Origin: an uncultured Candidatus Saccharibacteria bacterium
Lineage (GTDB): Bacteria > Patescibacteriota > Doudnabacteria > UBA920 > VMFF01
Direction: 5' to 3'
Length of the DNA: 64,000 nucleotides
NCBI GenBank assembly: GCA_964364285.1
Contig: CAYIKZ010000003.1
Coordinates: 2,491 to 66,490, forward strand
The position numbers and the translations under genes were made by a program. The notes under the pieces are model-generated. The model had not been told where the DNA came from and searched no databases. It saw only the letters and a program-made list of their open reading frames with translations. Below, piece by piece: positions 47,463-59,306 of this stretch (positions are counted from its first letter, which is position 1; the number at the start of each line of letters is the position of its first letter).

Positions 47463-48143
47463 ATGGATAAAAACACATACGAGATTGAGCTAAAGAGCTT
47501 ACTAGGAAGCGCCTCCAATGCAGAAAAACTAGTTTCAAAGATGCAAGGCCTGGACCCTAAAATGGTTGCAAAAGGCTCTCACAAGCAACTTAATCATTAC
47601 TTTAAAGACGGCAATCTACAAAGTTTGTATGAAAAACTTGGTGACAAGGTCCAACCCGAAAAAAAAGACCTGTTCAAGGAAGTCGTAGAAAAAGCAAAGA
47701 CATTCTCAGTTAGAACTCGCTGGGCTGATGCCAAAATAATTTTAGTAATAAAAGCGTCGGTTGATGAAACAACAAGTTCAAATGGAACAGCTCGTCTAGA
47801 GTTTGAATCCTTGATGAATATGTCTTTAGAAGAACTGGATAGCGAAGTTTTAGCTTCTGGTTTTAACTATCAAGCAAAATGGTCTAGAGAAAGAACTGAC
47901 TATACTTACAAAGACACATCAGTAAGCATCGACAAAAATGCTGGATATGGATATTTAGCTGAATTTGAAAAAATAGAAACAGAATTGGAAAATGTAGAGC
48001 CAACAAAAACACTTCTCAGAGATATGCTCAAAGAACTAAACATCCAAGAATTACCACAAGATCGTTTAGAAAGAATGTTTGCTTTCTACAATGACAACTG
48101 GCAGGACTATTACGGAACAGAGAAAACTTTCAATATTGAATAA
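47463..48143 (+). CDS. CYTH-like (triphosphate tunnel metalloenzyme) domain protein. The ORF track starts at 47364 but that would overlap the divergent gene
   Basis: N-terminal YEIELKSLL (ExExK), then HYF, RTRW, K-rich strands and ARLEFE are consistent with the CYTH acidic/basic strand pattern. Confidence 0.4.
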   Translation: MDKNTYEIELKSLLGSASNAEKLVSKMQGLDPKMVAKGSHKQLNHYFKDGNLQSLYEKLGDKVQPEKKDLFKEVVEKAKTFSVRTRWADAKIILVIKASVDETTSSNGTARLEFESLMNMSLEELDSEVLASGFNYQAKWSRERTDYTYKDTSVSIDKNAGYGYLAEFEKIETELENVEPTKTLLRDMLKELNIQELPQDRLERMFAFYNDNWQDYYGTEKTFNIE

Positions 48144-48184
48144 CAATTATCGCTGCGGCTAAACCAAAGCGGAAAGGCAATGTT

Positions 48185-49165
48185 ATGGATATCCAACATC
48201 CAGAACAACAATACTTAGGACTCTTAAGAGACATTCTAGCGAATGGCTCAGAAAAGAAAGACCACAATACAGGCATGGGTCTAAAAAGCGTTTTTGGAAG
48301 ACAAATTCGCTTTGATCTCTCAAAAGGGTTTCCTCTTCTAACAACAAAACGCGTTTACTGGAAAGGCGTTTTACACGAACTGCTTTGGTTTCTTTCCGGA
48401 AGCTCAAATATTAAATACTTGGTTGATAACGAAGTTCATATTTGGGATGATTACCCATACAAGTCTTACAAAAAAATTGCTGACAAAGGAGGAATCCCCT
48501 CTTTAACTCAACAAGAATTCATTCAAAAGATAAAAGAAGATTCTTCGTTTGCAGAAAAATGGGGAGATCTTCCAAGGATTTATGGTGAACTATGGAGAAG
48601 ATGGCCTGCTAAAAATGGTAGAACAGTAGATCAGATCTCTTGGATCATCGGAGAATTAAAAGCATATCCTCAAAGAAAGCATCATGTTTTCTCAGTCTGG
48701 AACCCTGAATACCTCTACTCTATGGCACTTCCAGGAGAAGCATTAAGCTTCCCTCTTTGTCATATTCTCGTTCACTTTAATGTTAATGACAACAAACTTT
48801 CATGTCAGCTTTACCAAAGAAGCGCTGACATGTTCTTGGGCGTTCCTTTTAACATTGGAAGTTACGCCTTGCTAACTCAAATAATTGCGCATGTTTGCGG
48901 TTATGAGGTTGGTGAATTTGTTCACACATTTGGTGATGCGCATATCTATGCAAACCACTTTGAACAAGTGAATGAACAACTAACCAGAGAACCAAAACAA
49001 TTCCCTACTCTAAGCATTGATCCAAGTATAAGAGATATTGATAGCATAAAACCAGAACACTTTAAGCTTGAAGGTTATGATCCTCATCCAACCCTAAAAG
49101 CTGACTTAACTGTTGCTGGTGGATTTAATGAGGATGATAGAATTGATTTTACTAAGAAAAACTAA
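48185..49165 (+). CDS. thyA: Thymidylate synthase (ThyA, folate-dependent)
   Basis: Active-site LPLCHILVHFNV (PCH motif), the YQRSADMFLGVPFNI block and the C-terminal dUMP-binding region. Confidence 0.9.
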   Translation: MDIQHPEQQYLGLLRDILANGSEKKDHNTGMGLKSVFGRQIRFDLSKGFPLLTTKRVYWKGVLHELLWFLSGSSNIKYLVDNEVHIWDDYPYKSYKKIADKGGIPSLTQQEFIQKIKEDSSFAEKWGDLPRIYGELWRRWPAKNGRTVDQISWIIGELKAYPQRKHHVFSVWNPEYLYSMALPGEALSFPLCHILVHFNVNDNKLSCQLYQRSADMFLGVPFNIGSYALLTQIIAHVCGYEVGEFVHTFGDAHIYANHFEQVNEQLTREPKQFPTLSIDPSIRDIDSIKPEHFKLEGYDPHPTLKADLTVAGGFNEDDRIDFTKKN

Positions 49166-49648
49166 ATGATTAGCTTAATTGCAGCAATTTCCGAAAACAG
49201 AGTCATAGGAAAAGACAATGACCTCATATGGAAAATCTCTAAAGACCAGAAACGCTTTAGAGATATAACAAAAGGGCATCCTGTGATCATGGGAAGAAAT
49301 ACGTATAAATCAATTGGTAAAGCTTTGCCAAATAGATTTAACATTGTAATAACCAGAAACATGGATTACACACTTCCAGACGCAGCAGTTGCGCACACTC
49401 TAGAGGAAGCAATACGTCTGGCAAAGGATTCAGGCGTTGGCTCTGAAGAAGTTTTTGTGATTGGAGGCGCTCAAGTATACGCAGAAGCATTGCCTTTTGC
49501 CGACAAGATATACATAACCATTGTGCATAAAACAGCTGAAGGTGATACTTACTTCCCTGCTTATGAAAACATCTTCAAAAAAGTTGTGTTTGAAGAAACT
49601 GATGAAGAAAATGGAATTAAGTTTACGTTTAAAGATTTGGTGAAATAA
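49166..49648 (+). CDS. folA: Dihydrofolate reductase
   Basis: MISLIAAISENRVIGKDNDLIWK ... VIMGRNTYKSIG are canonical DHFR motifs. Immediately follows thyA. Confidence 0.85.
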   Translation: MISLIAAISENRVIGKDNDLIWKISKDQKRFRDITKGHPVIMGRNTYKSIGKALPNRFNIVITRNMDYTLPDAAVAHTLEEAIRLAKDSGVGSEEVFVIGGAQVYAEALPFADKIYITIVHKTAEGDTYFPAYENIFKKVVFEETDEENGIKFTFKDLVK

Positions 49649-49650
49649 CA

Positions 49651-49675
49651 AAAACCCCGGGAGTTCCGGGGTTTT
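49651..49675. terminator. Bidirectional rho-independent terminator between folA and dcd (aaaaccccgg-gagtt-ccggggtttt)
   Basis: Perfect GC stem with flanking A- and T-runs between convergent stops. Confidence 0.65.
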
Positions 49676-49678
49676 AAA

Positions 49679-50305
49679 TTATCTTCGTTTTTTCTTTAGG
49701 GCTTTCTTTAATTTAACAGGTTTCTTAACAGCCCCTCTTACTTCGTCATGTAGCTTAGATGCAAGTGGACTTTTTTGTCCCGCGTACTTATTGTTCTTCT
49801 TGTTTGCATACGGAACATCAACTTTGCTTGTAAGCTCTTCGAATGTAAAAGCACAAATTCTCATTCCCGGATACAAAGCAATTGGCATTGTTCCTAGGTT
49901 ACCTAGTTCCATTGTTGGCTTTCCGTTCCATCCTGCGTCAAAAATCGAGGCTGTACCGTGAACAATGATACCAAGGCGACCAAGAGAGCTTCTTCCTTCA
50001 ATGCGACCTAATAGGTCATGAGGGAGCTCTAGGTTCTCAACCGTTGTTACTAGAGCAAAGTCGCCAGGTTGCATTATAAATGCCTCGCTTTTCTTAACAA
50101 CAATCTCTTCCATTATTTCCTTAATGTCTACAGGACCTTTTAGGTCAATATATGGGTAGCTTGTTTTTTTGAAGACTCTGAATCTGTTTCCTAAATGTAA
50201 GTCTATGGAGCAAGAACCGAGCTGAACTTCAAAGTCTGGTGCCGGCGTTATCTTTATTCTTCCAGAGTTAATTGCCTTTTTAATATCTCTGTCAGAGAGA
50301 ATCAT
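49679..50305 (-). CDS. dcd: dCTP deaminase (possibly the bifunctional dUMP-forming type)
   Basis: MILSDRDIKKAINSGRIKI N-terminus and the jelly-roll dUTPase-like core. Extended Lys-rich C-terminus. Confidence 0.85.
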   Translation of the reverse strand: MILSDRDIKKAINSGRIKITPAPDFEVQLGSCSIDLHLGNRFRVFKKTSYPYIDLKGPVDIKEIMEEIVVKKSEAFIMQPGDFALVTTVENLELPHDLLGRIEGRSSLGRLGIIVHGTASIFDAGWNGKPTMELGNLGTMPIALYPGMRICAFTFEELTSKVDVPYANKKNNKYAGQKSPLASKLHDEVRGAVKKPVKLKKALKKKRR

Positions 50306-50309
50306 ATGT

Positions 50310-50993
50310 TTATATCTTTACTTTAATACCAGGTCCCATTGATGCGTTAACAACAATGTTTGTAATAAATACTTTCTTAACAGTACTTGGCTTAGAAGCA
50401 TTCAATGCATCAATGAAAGTTTTTAAGTTAGTAACAAGTTTCTCTGAATCAAAGTCAGTCTTTCCGATTATCTGATGAACATTTCCTGAATCATCGTTTT
50501 TGAAGTCAATCTTTCCTGCATTGATTTCTTTAATGATCCCTGCAATGTTTTCTGTAACTGTTCCTGTCTTTGGGTTAGGCATTAAACCACGTTGACCCAA
50601 GATCTTTGCAATGGGGGCCATTAATTTCATCATAGCTGGTTCTGCAACTGCCATATCAAAGTCTGTTTTTTCTGTTTCCTTTATTTTCTTGATTAAATCA
50701 GCACCACCAACCAAGATTGCGCCTGCTTCTTTTGCTTCTTTTTCTTTAGTTTCAGTTACAAAAGCAGCAACACGCTTTGTTTTACCAGTACCAAATGGAA
50801 GAGAAATTGAACCTCTAACACCCTGATCTGTTTTCTTAGGATCAATACCAAGTCTTACGTGTACCTCAACAGTACCTTTAAACTTTGTGTTTGCTGTTTG
50901 CTTTACTAGTTCAATAGCTTCAGTAGCAGAATACACTTTTGTGCGGTCTACCTTTAATATATTCGCCTTTTGGCGTTTAGAAATACTTGTCAT
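50310..50993 (-). CDS. rplA: 50S ribosomal protein L1
   Basis: Conserved L1 sequence (KRQKANILKVDRTKVY ... GKTDFD). Confidence 0.9.
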   Translation of the reverse strand: MTSISKRQKANILKVDRTKVYSATEAIELVKQTANTKFKGTVEVHVRLGIDPKKTDQGVRGSISLPFGTGKTKRVAAFVTETKEKEAKEAGAILVGGADLIKKIKETEKTDFDMAVAEPAMMKLMAPIAKILGQRGLMPNPKTGTVTENIAGIIKEINAGKIDFKNDDSGNVHQIIGKTDFDSEKLVTNLKTFIDALNASKPSTVKKVFITNIVVNASMGPGIKVKI

Positions 50994-51056
50994 ACTCGTC
51001 CTTTCGACTTAGTGGTTTACGCGAAATGTTTCGCTCCCACGAATTAATTAATCTAT

Positions 51057-51407
51057 TTAAGTTTCTTTTCTAGCTAGTTTCCAGTGATAGTAGAAGACTG
51101 GGACACCAACTATGATCATTGCTAGAGATTGTGCGATGTCTCTCTTTCTTTGTTGTTGCTGGTTCTTTTTTTCTGCTTCTTGCTGCTTTGCCTGATAGTT
51201 AGAGTCACACTCGGTTGGTTTAACCGCAGCACCTCTTTCAGCAGGTATTGCTTCACAATTTGTAGCCATCATTGGGTATGCATAGTATTCTTCTGCGTTA
51301 AGCAAAATCTTTAAACCCATGTTAAGCAAGGTTATTGCTCCAACCATGATTATGATTAAGGAAACCAGAGATACAACGTAGAGATATGCTTTTTTTATCC
51401 AAGTCAT
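51057..51407 (-). CDS. Hypothetical membrane protein inserted between rplK and rplA
   Basis: Two hydrophobic helices and a Gln/Lys-rich middle. No family recognised. Confidence 0.4.
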   Translation of the reverse strand: MTWIKKAYLYVVSLVSLIIIMVGAITLLNMGLKILLNAEEYYAYPMMATNCEAIPAERGAAVKPTECDSNYQAKQQEAEKKNQQQQRKRDIAQSLAMIIVGVPVFYYHWKLARKET

Positions 51408-51438
51408 ATATTTTTTGTTTAATTGTTTAATTAAAACT

Positions 51439-51918
51439 TTAATCTATAACTTCAACACCCATAGAGCGAGCTGTACCTGCAACAATCTTTTCTGCTGCCT
51501 CTAAATCATTTGCATTTAGGTCAGGCATTTTCTTTTCCGCTATTTCTCTTACCTGAGCTCTTGTGATCTTACCAACTTTGTTTTTCAAAGGATTTGCAGA
51601 CCCTTTCTCTAGTCCTATTGCTTTTCTAATCAAGACAGAAGCAGGAGGAGTTTTTAAAATGAAAGTAAAAGAACGATCTTCATAAATGGTAACTTCAGCT
51701 GGAATGATTAAGTCTCCCATTGGAGCTGTTTTCTCATTAAACTGCTTGGTAAACTCACCGATATTAATACCGTGGGGACCAAGTGCAGTACCAACTGGTG
51801 GTGCTGGGGTTGCTTTTCCAGCTACAAGTTGGAGTTTTACCATTGTCTTTATCTTCTTTGCCATTCTTCTTTGTGGTAACAGTTTTTTAAGCTGCGAGAC
51901 GGTTATTTCGCCAACCAC
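51439..51918 (-). CDS. rplK: 50S ribosomal protein L11
   Basis: [34 protein letters not shown] is canonical L11. Confidence 0.9.
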   Translation of the reverse strand: MVGEITVSQLKKLLPQRRMAKKIKTMVKLQLVAGKATPAPPVGTALGPHGINIGEFTKQFNEKTAPMGDLIIPAEVTIYEDRSFTFILKTPPASVLIRKAIGLEKGSANPLKNKVGKITRAQVREIAEKKMPDLNANDLEAAEKIVAGTARSMGVEVID

Positions 51919-51953
51919 CCTTTCTTTGCCAGAAACCTGGCTTAATTAGTATA

Positions 51954-52499
51954 TTATATCTTCTTTACCTGAAGGAAATCCAGTTCAACAGGAGTTTCTC
52001 TACCGAAGATTGAAACCAAGACTTTAACTTTACCCTTAGCTTCATCTACTTCAGCAACCTTGCCTTCGTAGTCCTTGAATGGACCATCCATCATTCTAAC
52101 TAAATCACCAACAACAAAATCAACCTTAAACTTTGGTTCTTCAACACCCATACGTTTCTGCAAGGACTTAATCTCATCATCTGAAATCGGTGTTGGAATT
52201 GTTCCACTTCCTACGAATCCTGTTACGTTAGGTGTATTTCTAACAACATACCAAGAATCATCTGTAACAATCATTTCAACAAGAACATAACCTGGGAAAA
52301 TCTTTTCCTCAACAGTTGTTCTTCTTCCATCCTTAATCTTTATCTTCTTTTCTTTTGGAACTATTACGTCAAAAATCTTGTCTTCCATTCCCATTGATTC
52401 AATACGTTGTTTCAAATTGAAAGCAACGCTATCTTCATAACCGGAATATGTATGTAAAACGTACCAATGTTTTTCGCCTGTAACTTGTTGTCGTGACAT
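51954..52499 (-). CDS. nusG: Transcription termination/antitermination factor NusG
   Basis: The NGN domain (KHWYVLHTYSGYE) and a C-terminal KOW domain (GDLVRMMDGPFKDYEGKV). Confidence 0.9.
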   Translation of the reverse strand: MSRQQVTGEKHWYVLHTYSGYEDSVAFNLKQRIESMGMEDKIFDVIVPKEKKIKIKDGRRTTVEEKIFPGYVLVEMIVTDDSWYVVRNTPNVTGFVGSGTIPTPISDDEIKSLQKRMGVEEPKFKVDFVVGDLVRMMDGPFKDYEGKVAEVDEAKGKVKVLVSIFGRETPVELDFLQVKKI

Positions 52500-52503
52500 A
52501 TCT

Positions 52504-53049
52504 CTAAAACAAAACTATTAATGCTAGAACTATTATTAAAATTTCAATGAAACCACTCAAACCCCTATACTCATCAACTGCTACCCAAAACCAATATTTC
52601 CAGAAGCTTTCACTTTGTCTGTGTTTAAACTGATATCTTCTCTTGTAGAAAGACTCAGAAAAAGGAAAGAATCTTTTAGCTGCTGGCCAAAGCCACATAA
52701 TCCCCCACTCTGAATCAAGAATTAGGTGGGACCATGCGCTTAACCAAACAACTAAGCCAATAACTTTTCCAAAATCAGTACTTGCAACAAAAAAGATTAT
52801 TAATCCAATAACCAGCCAAAAAATTGGCGTGTGAGTGAACAACTTTCTATGATTTACTGCCTCGCTATCTATCCTTAATCTCTTTATCTTTGCAAAAGCA
52901 AAGAAAAAATCTAGATCAGGTATAAATGCGATGATTGCACCGATTAATGATATTTCATTTACCTGGGTTGCAGTTAAATTGTAATGTAAGGAGCTGGTCA
53001 GGATTTTTGCAGTTAAATACCCTGCTGCAATGTGTCCTGGAGGTAACAT
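52504..53049 (-). CDS. Membrane protein, DUF457-like (membrane-bound metal-dependent hydrolase fold) inserted between secE and nusG
   Basis: N-terminal PPGHIAAGYL and multiple TM helices with conserved His/Asp residues (HLILDSEW), typical of DUF457/YdjM-like proteins. Confidence 0.4.
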   Translation of the reverse strand: MLPPGHIAAGYLTAKILTSSLHYNLTATQVNEISLIGAIIAFIPDLDFFFAFAKIKRLRIDSEAVNHRKLFTHTPIFWLVIGLIIFFVASTDFGKVIGLVVWLSAWSHLILDSEWGIMWLWPAAKRFFPFSESFYKRRYQFKHRQSESFWKYWFWVAVDEYRGLSGFIEILIIVLALIVLF

Positions 53050-53054
53050 ACGAG

Positions 53055-53240
53055 CTATCTCTCAATGAGCTTTTCCAAGCCTTTAATCAAACCATAGTCA
53101 GCTGTAGCCAAAACCACTGCTACTAAAACTGAGAATAGAATGACAACGCCTGTATATCTAAGGGTTTGCTGTTTGGTTGGCCAAACAACTTTGCTTAGTT
53201 CGCTCTTAACCTCTGAGAAAAATTGTATTACTTTCATCAT
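53055..53240 (-). CDS. secE: Protein translocase subunit SecE
   Basis: 61-aa single-TM protein (VKSELSKVVWPTKQQTL...VVILFSVLVAVVLA) upstream of nusG. Confidence 0.75.
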   Translation of the reverse strand: MMKVIQFFSEVKSELSKVVWPTKQQTLRYTGVVILFSVLVAVVLATADYGLIKGLEKLIER

Positions 53241-53256
53241 ATTTTTTGAGCTTTTT

Positions 53257-53277
53257 TAAAAGGCCTTCGGGCCTTTT
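53257..53277. terminator. Bidirectional rho-independent terminator downstream of gyrB (aaaa-ggcc-ttcg-ggcc-tttt)
   Basis: GGCC stem with a UUCG tetraloop, flanked by A- and T-runs, just past the gyrB stop on the minus strand. Confidence 0.6.
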
Positions 53278-53331
53278 GATATATCGATTATATCATAAAG
53301 GTCTTGAATTATGCAAATCAAGGCCAGAACA

Positions 53332-55386
<2,055 letters not shown>

Positions 55387-55389
55387 TTA

Positions 55390-57777
55390 CTACCGTATTT
55401 CAGCTCCTAATTTAGTCTTTAACTCTACCTTTATTTTATCATAAATTGGCATAATTTCCGAGTCCTTTAAAGTCCTGTCTTTTGCCTGAAAAACAAGGTG
55501 GAAAGCAAGGTTTTTAACCCCCTTTAAACCTAGCTCTTTGTGGAACCTAGGTAATGATCCTTTGGCATACAAATATCCAGCCTCAAAAACCTCAACAGAC
55601 TTTAACAAATCACTACCATTTTTCCACACCAAGTTTTCAATCTCTGCCCACTTAACACTTTCTTTAACAACTAAGGAAATATCTAACACTTTGGAAGGTA
55701 GCTTGCTGTAAGGAATCATTTTCTTTTGAGTCTTAGAAGCAAGCAAAGGATGCAAATCCAAGGTTACATAGACTAAATCCCCCGTAACATCAAAGTTATT
55801 CAACACAAGTCTATTCACCAACCCAAAGTTACCAAGCTCTTTACCAAGCAAACTAATTAAAGATTGTTCTGTGTTCTCTTGTTTGTATTCTACTTTGTGA
55901 TTTGTATATTCAGAAACTACTGCTTCCAAAACTCCTTTTACTTCAGAAAGCAATCCTTGAGCGGTTTTTTCTTTGTTAAAGATTACAAAAGTAACTAAAT
56001 CTCTTTCGTCTCCAAAAGCATGGTATGCTTTACCGATTTCAAAAAGTTTGAAAGCATCAAAGTTTTTACTATTCAAAGAAACATTCTTTAACAAATGAAC
56101 CAAAAGGTTTCGTTTGAGATATCCTTGATCCCCGCTTAGAGGATTTTTAATCTTTAAATGATCTGTCACTTTAGATTTTCCAAAGCCTGAGATGTCTTTT
56201 TCTGAAATGAAAGAATAGTTCTGCGCTTCAATAAAACCAAGATCAGACATTTTCTCTTTGAAACCATTAAATGCCTTATCTGCATCAATCTGACTTGTTA
56301 ATTTCTGCACACTCAAAGATTTTTTTGACAGCTCATTAAATCCAACTGTCTTTAATATTTCATCAGCAATATCCGCATAGTTAACCATGTCCTGTCTGTA
56401 CCAAGGTATTTCTTTGTCTAAGTTTAATCTTGTTAAAACCTTTTGGATTTCTCCATCACTAAATTCAGAACCTAATAATCCGTTAATTTGTTCTACTTCA
56501 AACTTTATCTTTCTATTCTCTCTTTCAACGTCCCCCACTTCAGCATATGACAAAACTTCAGCCCCGGCATGTTCTTTTAACAAATCAATTGCTCTGGCAA
56601 CAGCAATCTTTGCCTGGTATGGATGTAATCCCTTTTCCCAGAATCCAGAGCTGTCACTTCTCAAACCAAGTTTTTTAGAAGTCTTTCTAATCTGACTTGG
56701 TTCAAAGTTTGCAGCTTCAAGTATAATCTCGGTTGTATTTTCATTAACCTCTGAATCAAAACCACCCATAACCCCAGCTATTGCCAATGCCTTTTCTTTG
56801 TCAGCAATTACTAACATTGAATCATCCAAAGCACGCTCTCTGTGATCAATGGTTGTTAATACTTCACCGTTTTTTGCGTTTCTAACAACAATACCGCCTG
56901 AAACCTTGCTTGCATCAAAAGCATGCATTGGTTCACCCATTTCATACATAACATAGTTTGTAATATCCACCACGTTATTTATGGACCTTAATCCCAAACC
57001 GTGCAATCTTTTCTTTAATGCAATAGGAGAAGCCCCGACTTTAACTTTTAACTTTGCTCCAATGTATACAGGACAAGCCTTTTTTTCTTTGATGCTTATA
57101 TCTAATTTTGAAACACCTTTGTGATTAAAAGACAGTTCTTGTATTTCTTTAATCCAATTCTTTGTCTTTATGCCCAATATTCCTGAAATTTCTCTAGCAA
57201 TCCCTAAATGAGAATACAAATCAGGTCTGTTAGCTGGTAAAGAAACGTCAAACACAGCACCGGCTTCTTTTGCTTGCGCTTTCAAATGTTTTGCTAAATC
57301 CTCTCCCAACCTTATTCCTTTTTCTAGTATTAAAATCTCTGGTTTTTCTTCAGGCCTTTCACTTAAACCAAGCTCAAAAGAAGAACAAATCATTCCCTGT
57401 GATTCAACACCTCGAATTACTGCTTTTTCTAGAGTAAAGGACTCGTGTTCTTCTGAATGAATGTTCTGGGGTATAACTGCGCCAGTAAGTGCTAGTGCGA
57501 TTAAATCCCCCACCTCAAAGTTATTAGCTCCGCAAACTACAGGTTCAATAACCTTGTTACCAACATCTAATTTAACAACCCGTAAACGATCTGCATTTGG
57601 GTGCTTTTCATAATGTAATACCTTTGCAACAATGACATTAGAAAAACCGTAATTCTGTTCTCCTCCCAAAACCTTTTCAACTTCAAAACAATGCTCAGAG
57701 ATTTGCTGAGCCAATTGCTGTGGATTCTGTTTTTGTATTTCTAGGAAATCTTCTAGCCAGTTTAAGGAAATCTTCAT
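55390..57777 (-). CDS. pheT: Phenylalanine--tRNA ligase beta subunit
   Basis: N-terminal tRNA-binding domain (MKISLNWLEDFL) and the B3/B4, B5 and catalytic-like C-terminal domains typical of PheT. Confidence 0.9.
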   Translation of the reverse strand: MKISLNWLEDFLEIQKQNPQQLAQQISEHCFEVEKVLGGEQNYGFSNVIVAKVLHYEKHPNADRLRVVKLDVGNKVIEPVVCGANNFEVGDLIALALTGAVIPQNIHSEEHESFTLEKAVIRGVESQGMICSSFELGLSERPEEKPEILILEKGIRLGEDLAKHLKAQAKEAGAVFDVSLPANRPDLYSHLGIAREISGILGIKTKNWIKEIQELSFNHKGVSKLDISIKEKKACPVYIGAKLKVKVGASPIALKKRLHGLGLRSINNVVDITNYVMYEMGEPMHAFDASKVSGGIVVRNAKNGEVLTTIDHRERALDDSMLVIADKEKALAIAGVMGGFDSEVNENTTEIILEAANFEPSQIRKTSKKLGLRSDSSGFWEKGLHPYQAKIAVARAIDLLKEHAGAEVLSYAEVGDVERENRKIKFEVEQINGLLGSEFSDGEIQKVLTRLNLDKEIPWYRQDMVNYADIADEILKTVGFNELSKKSLSVQKLTSQIDADKAFNGFKEKMSDLGFIEAQNYSFISEKDISGFGKSKVTDHLKIKNPLSGDQGYLKRNLLVHLLKNVSLNSKNFDAFKLFEIGKAYHAFGDERDLVTFVIFNKEKTAQGLLSEVKGVLEAVVSEYTNHKVEYKQENTEQSLISLLGKELGNFGLVNRLVLNNFDVTGDLVYVTLDLHPLLASKTQKKMIPYSKLPSKVLDISLVVKESVKWAEIENLVWKNGSDLLKSVEVFEAGYLYAKGSLPRFHKELGLKGVKNLAFHLVFQAKDRTLKDSEIMPIYDKIKVELKTKLGAEIR

Positions 57778-57786
57778 AATTATTCT

Positions 57787-59292
57787 TTAGTAATATTCAC
57801 AGGAAGTTGCAGTACAAACATAACCCTTTTTACCAGCTGGTGGGTTTTCTAAAATTGTTTGAAGCGCAAAATCAGTTGAATCAGTTGATATTGAATACTC
57901 ATAGTCTTTTTTCGTTGATGGATCTGTTGGTATCACAGTGATGTAATCAGGAGCAATTGCTTTTTTCCAGTTTGCTTGAGATGGGAACAGGTGAACATCA
58001 GGAGAAGATGGACTAGTATTTTCATTAGCATATAGCTCTAAAGCGCTAGAGATTGAATCAAGGTCTGCTTTTCTTTGAGTATCTCTCTGGCTAATCATTT
58101 CCGCGTTGTTAGCAACTTGTGCTTCTTTTTCACTCATTGAAATTAACTGATTCTGTGTTTCTGAAAAATATGTAAGCTTGAAATCAACCCCTTTATTAAC
58201 AGAGGCGTATCCATAGACATACGGGATTACATTTGTTGGATCTGTTGTGTTTATGGCTTTAGCCGTTAACAACGGTTTAATGCTTTTTAACATGTCACCA
58301 AAAACATTTGTGTCAGGATACTTAGAGTTTGCTTGCTTGTATTTTAATAGCGCGAAAGAGAGTTGTTTGATTGTATCTGATCTCTGGGTATCACGATCAA
58401 GCGCGCCTGGTTTAAGACTGGGATTTTGGCTTGAAGAGCCAGGGGTCTGAGCGTAGTTTGTATAGAAGTCGACAACTATTTGACCAACTGTTGCAATTGT
58501 TGGGCTATGCAAACCATAGGTTACAATATTTTTTGCTATTGTTGTTAACTCTAAATCATTGAATGCTCTTTTTTGTTTTGCATTCCAATGTGCTTTAACT
58601 TCAGCAGCGTCTAGATATTTTGAATCGCCTGATGTATTTCCATTTGTAGGATCTAATGCAAACAAATGCACTTCATCACCATCAGCTATTCCATCAGCGT
58701 CGCTATCCCCGTTATTAGGATCTGTCTGGGATAAGTACTCATCAAGATTAATTAAACCATCATGATCTGGATCTGCAGCATCTCCACAATTATCTAGGTT
58801 AGTACAAACTGCTGCACCAAAATATTTTAATCTCCAACCATCAGGAATTTGAGTTGAAACAACTTCTTTTGGTGTTTGAACAACTGGGGTCTGAACTTGT
58901 GTGCTATCTGTTGTGTCCTTTGGTTTAAAAACAAGGAACAAAACAAGTGCGATGATTAACAACAAAGCAGCGCCTGATGCGTACATCAAAGGTTTAGTCA
59001 TATGAAAACTTCTTTTTTTTGGAATATCAGAAAGTAAGGTTGGGCTTGGTGCTTGTGCTGGCATTGGTTTTAGCTCAGCAGAGAAAGATCCTGGTACTGG
59101 AGGTTTTGGAGGTTCTGGCATAACAGGCTTTGGGGCTGGTATTGGCTGTGTTGGAACTGGAACTTCTTTTGCTAATGGAGTTGGTACAGACATTGGCTGA
59201 GAACCAGGTCTTGGCATTGTTTTGTAAATCAAATCATCCAGGCTTTGCCCTGGTTGTGGAGTTGGTGTTGTTGGTTGTTGTATTGGATCCAT
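57787..59292 (-). CDS. Pro-rich membrane-anchored extracytoplasmic protein with thrombospondin-type-3/dockerin-like Ca-binding Asp repeats, inserted between pheS and pheT
   Basis: Pro-rich N-terminus, a single TM (AALLLIIALVLFLVF) and DPDHDGLINLDEY...DSDADGIADGDE (DxDxDG repeats). Confidence 0.5.
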   Translation of the reverse strand: MDPIQQPTTPTPQPGQSLDDLIYKTMPRPGSQPMSVPTPLAKEVPVPTQPIPAPKPVMPEPPKPPVPGSFSAELKPMPAQAPSPTLLSDIPKKRSFHMTKPLMYASGAALLLIIALVLFLVFKPKDTTDSTQVQTPVVQTPKEVVSTQIPDGWRLKYFGAAVCTNLDNCGDAADPDHDGLINLDEYLSQTDPNNGDSDADGIADGDEVHLFALDPTNGNTSGDSKYLDAAEVKAHWNAKQKRAFNDLELTTIAKNIVTYGLHSPTIATVGQIVVDFYTNYAQTPGSSSQNPSLKPGALDRDTQRSDTIKQLSFALLKYKQANSKYPDTNVFGDMLKSIKPLLTAKAINTTDPTNVIPYVYGYASVNKGVDFKLTYFSETQNQLISMSEKEAQVANNAEMISQRDTQRKADLDSISSALELYANENTSPSSPDVHLFPSQANWKKAIAPDYITVIPTDPSTKKDYEYSISTDSTDFALQTILENPPAGKKGYVCTATSCEYY

Positions 59293-59306
59293 ATTTTTGT
59301 TTTAAT

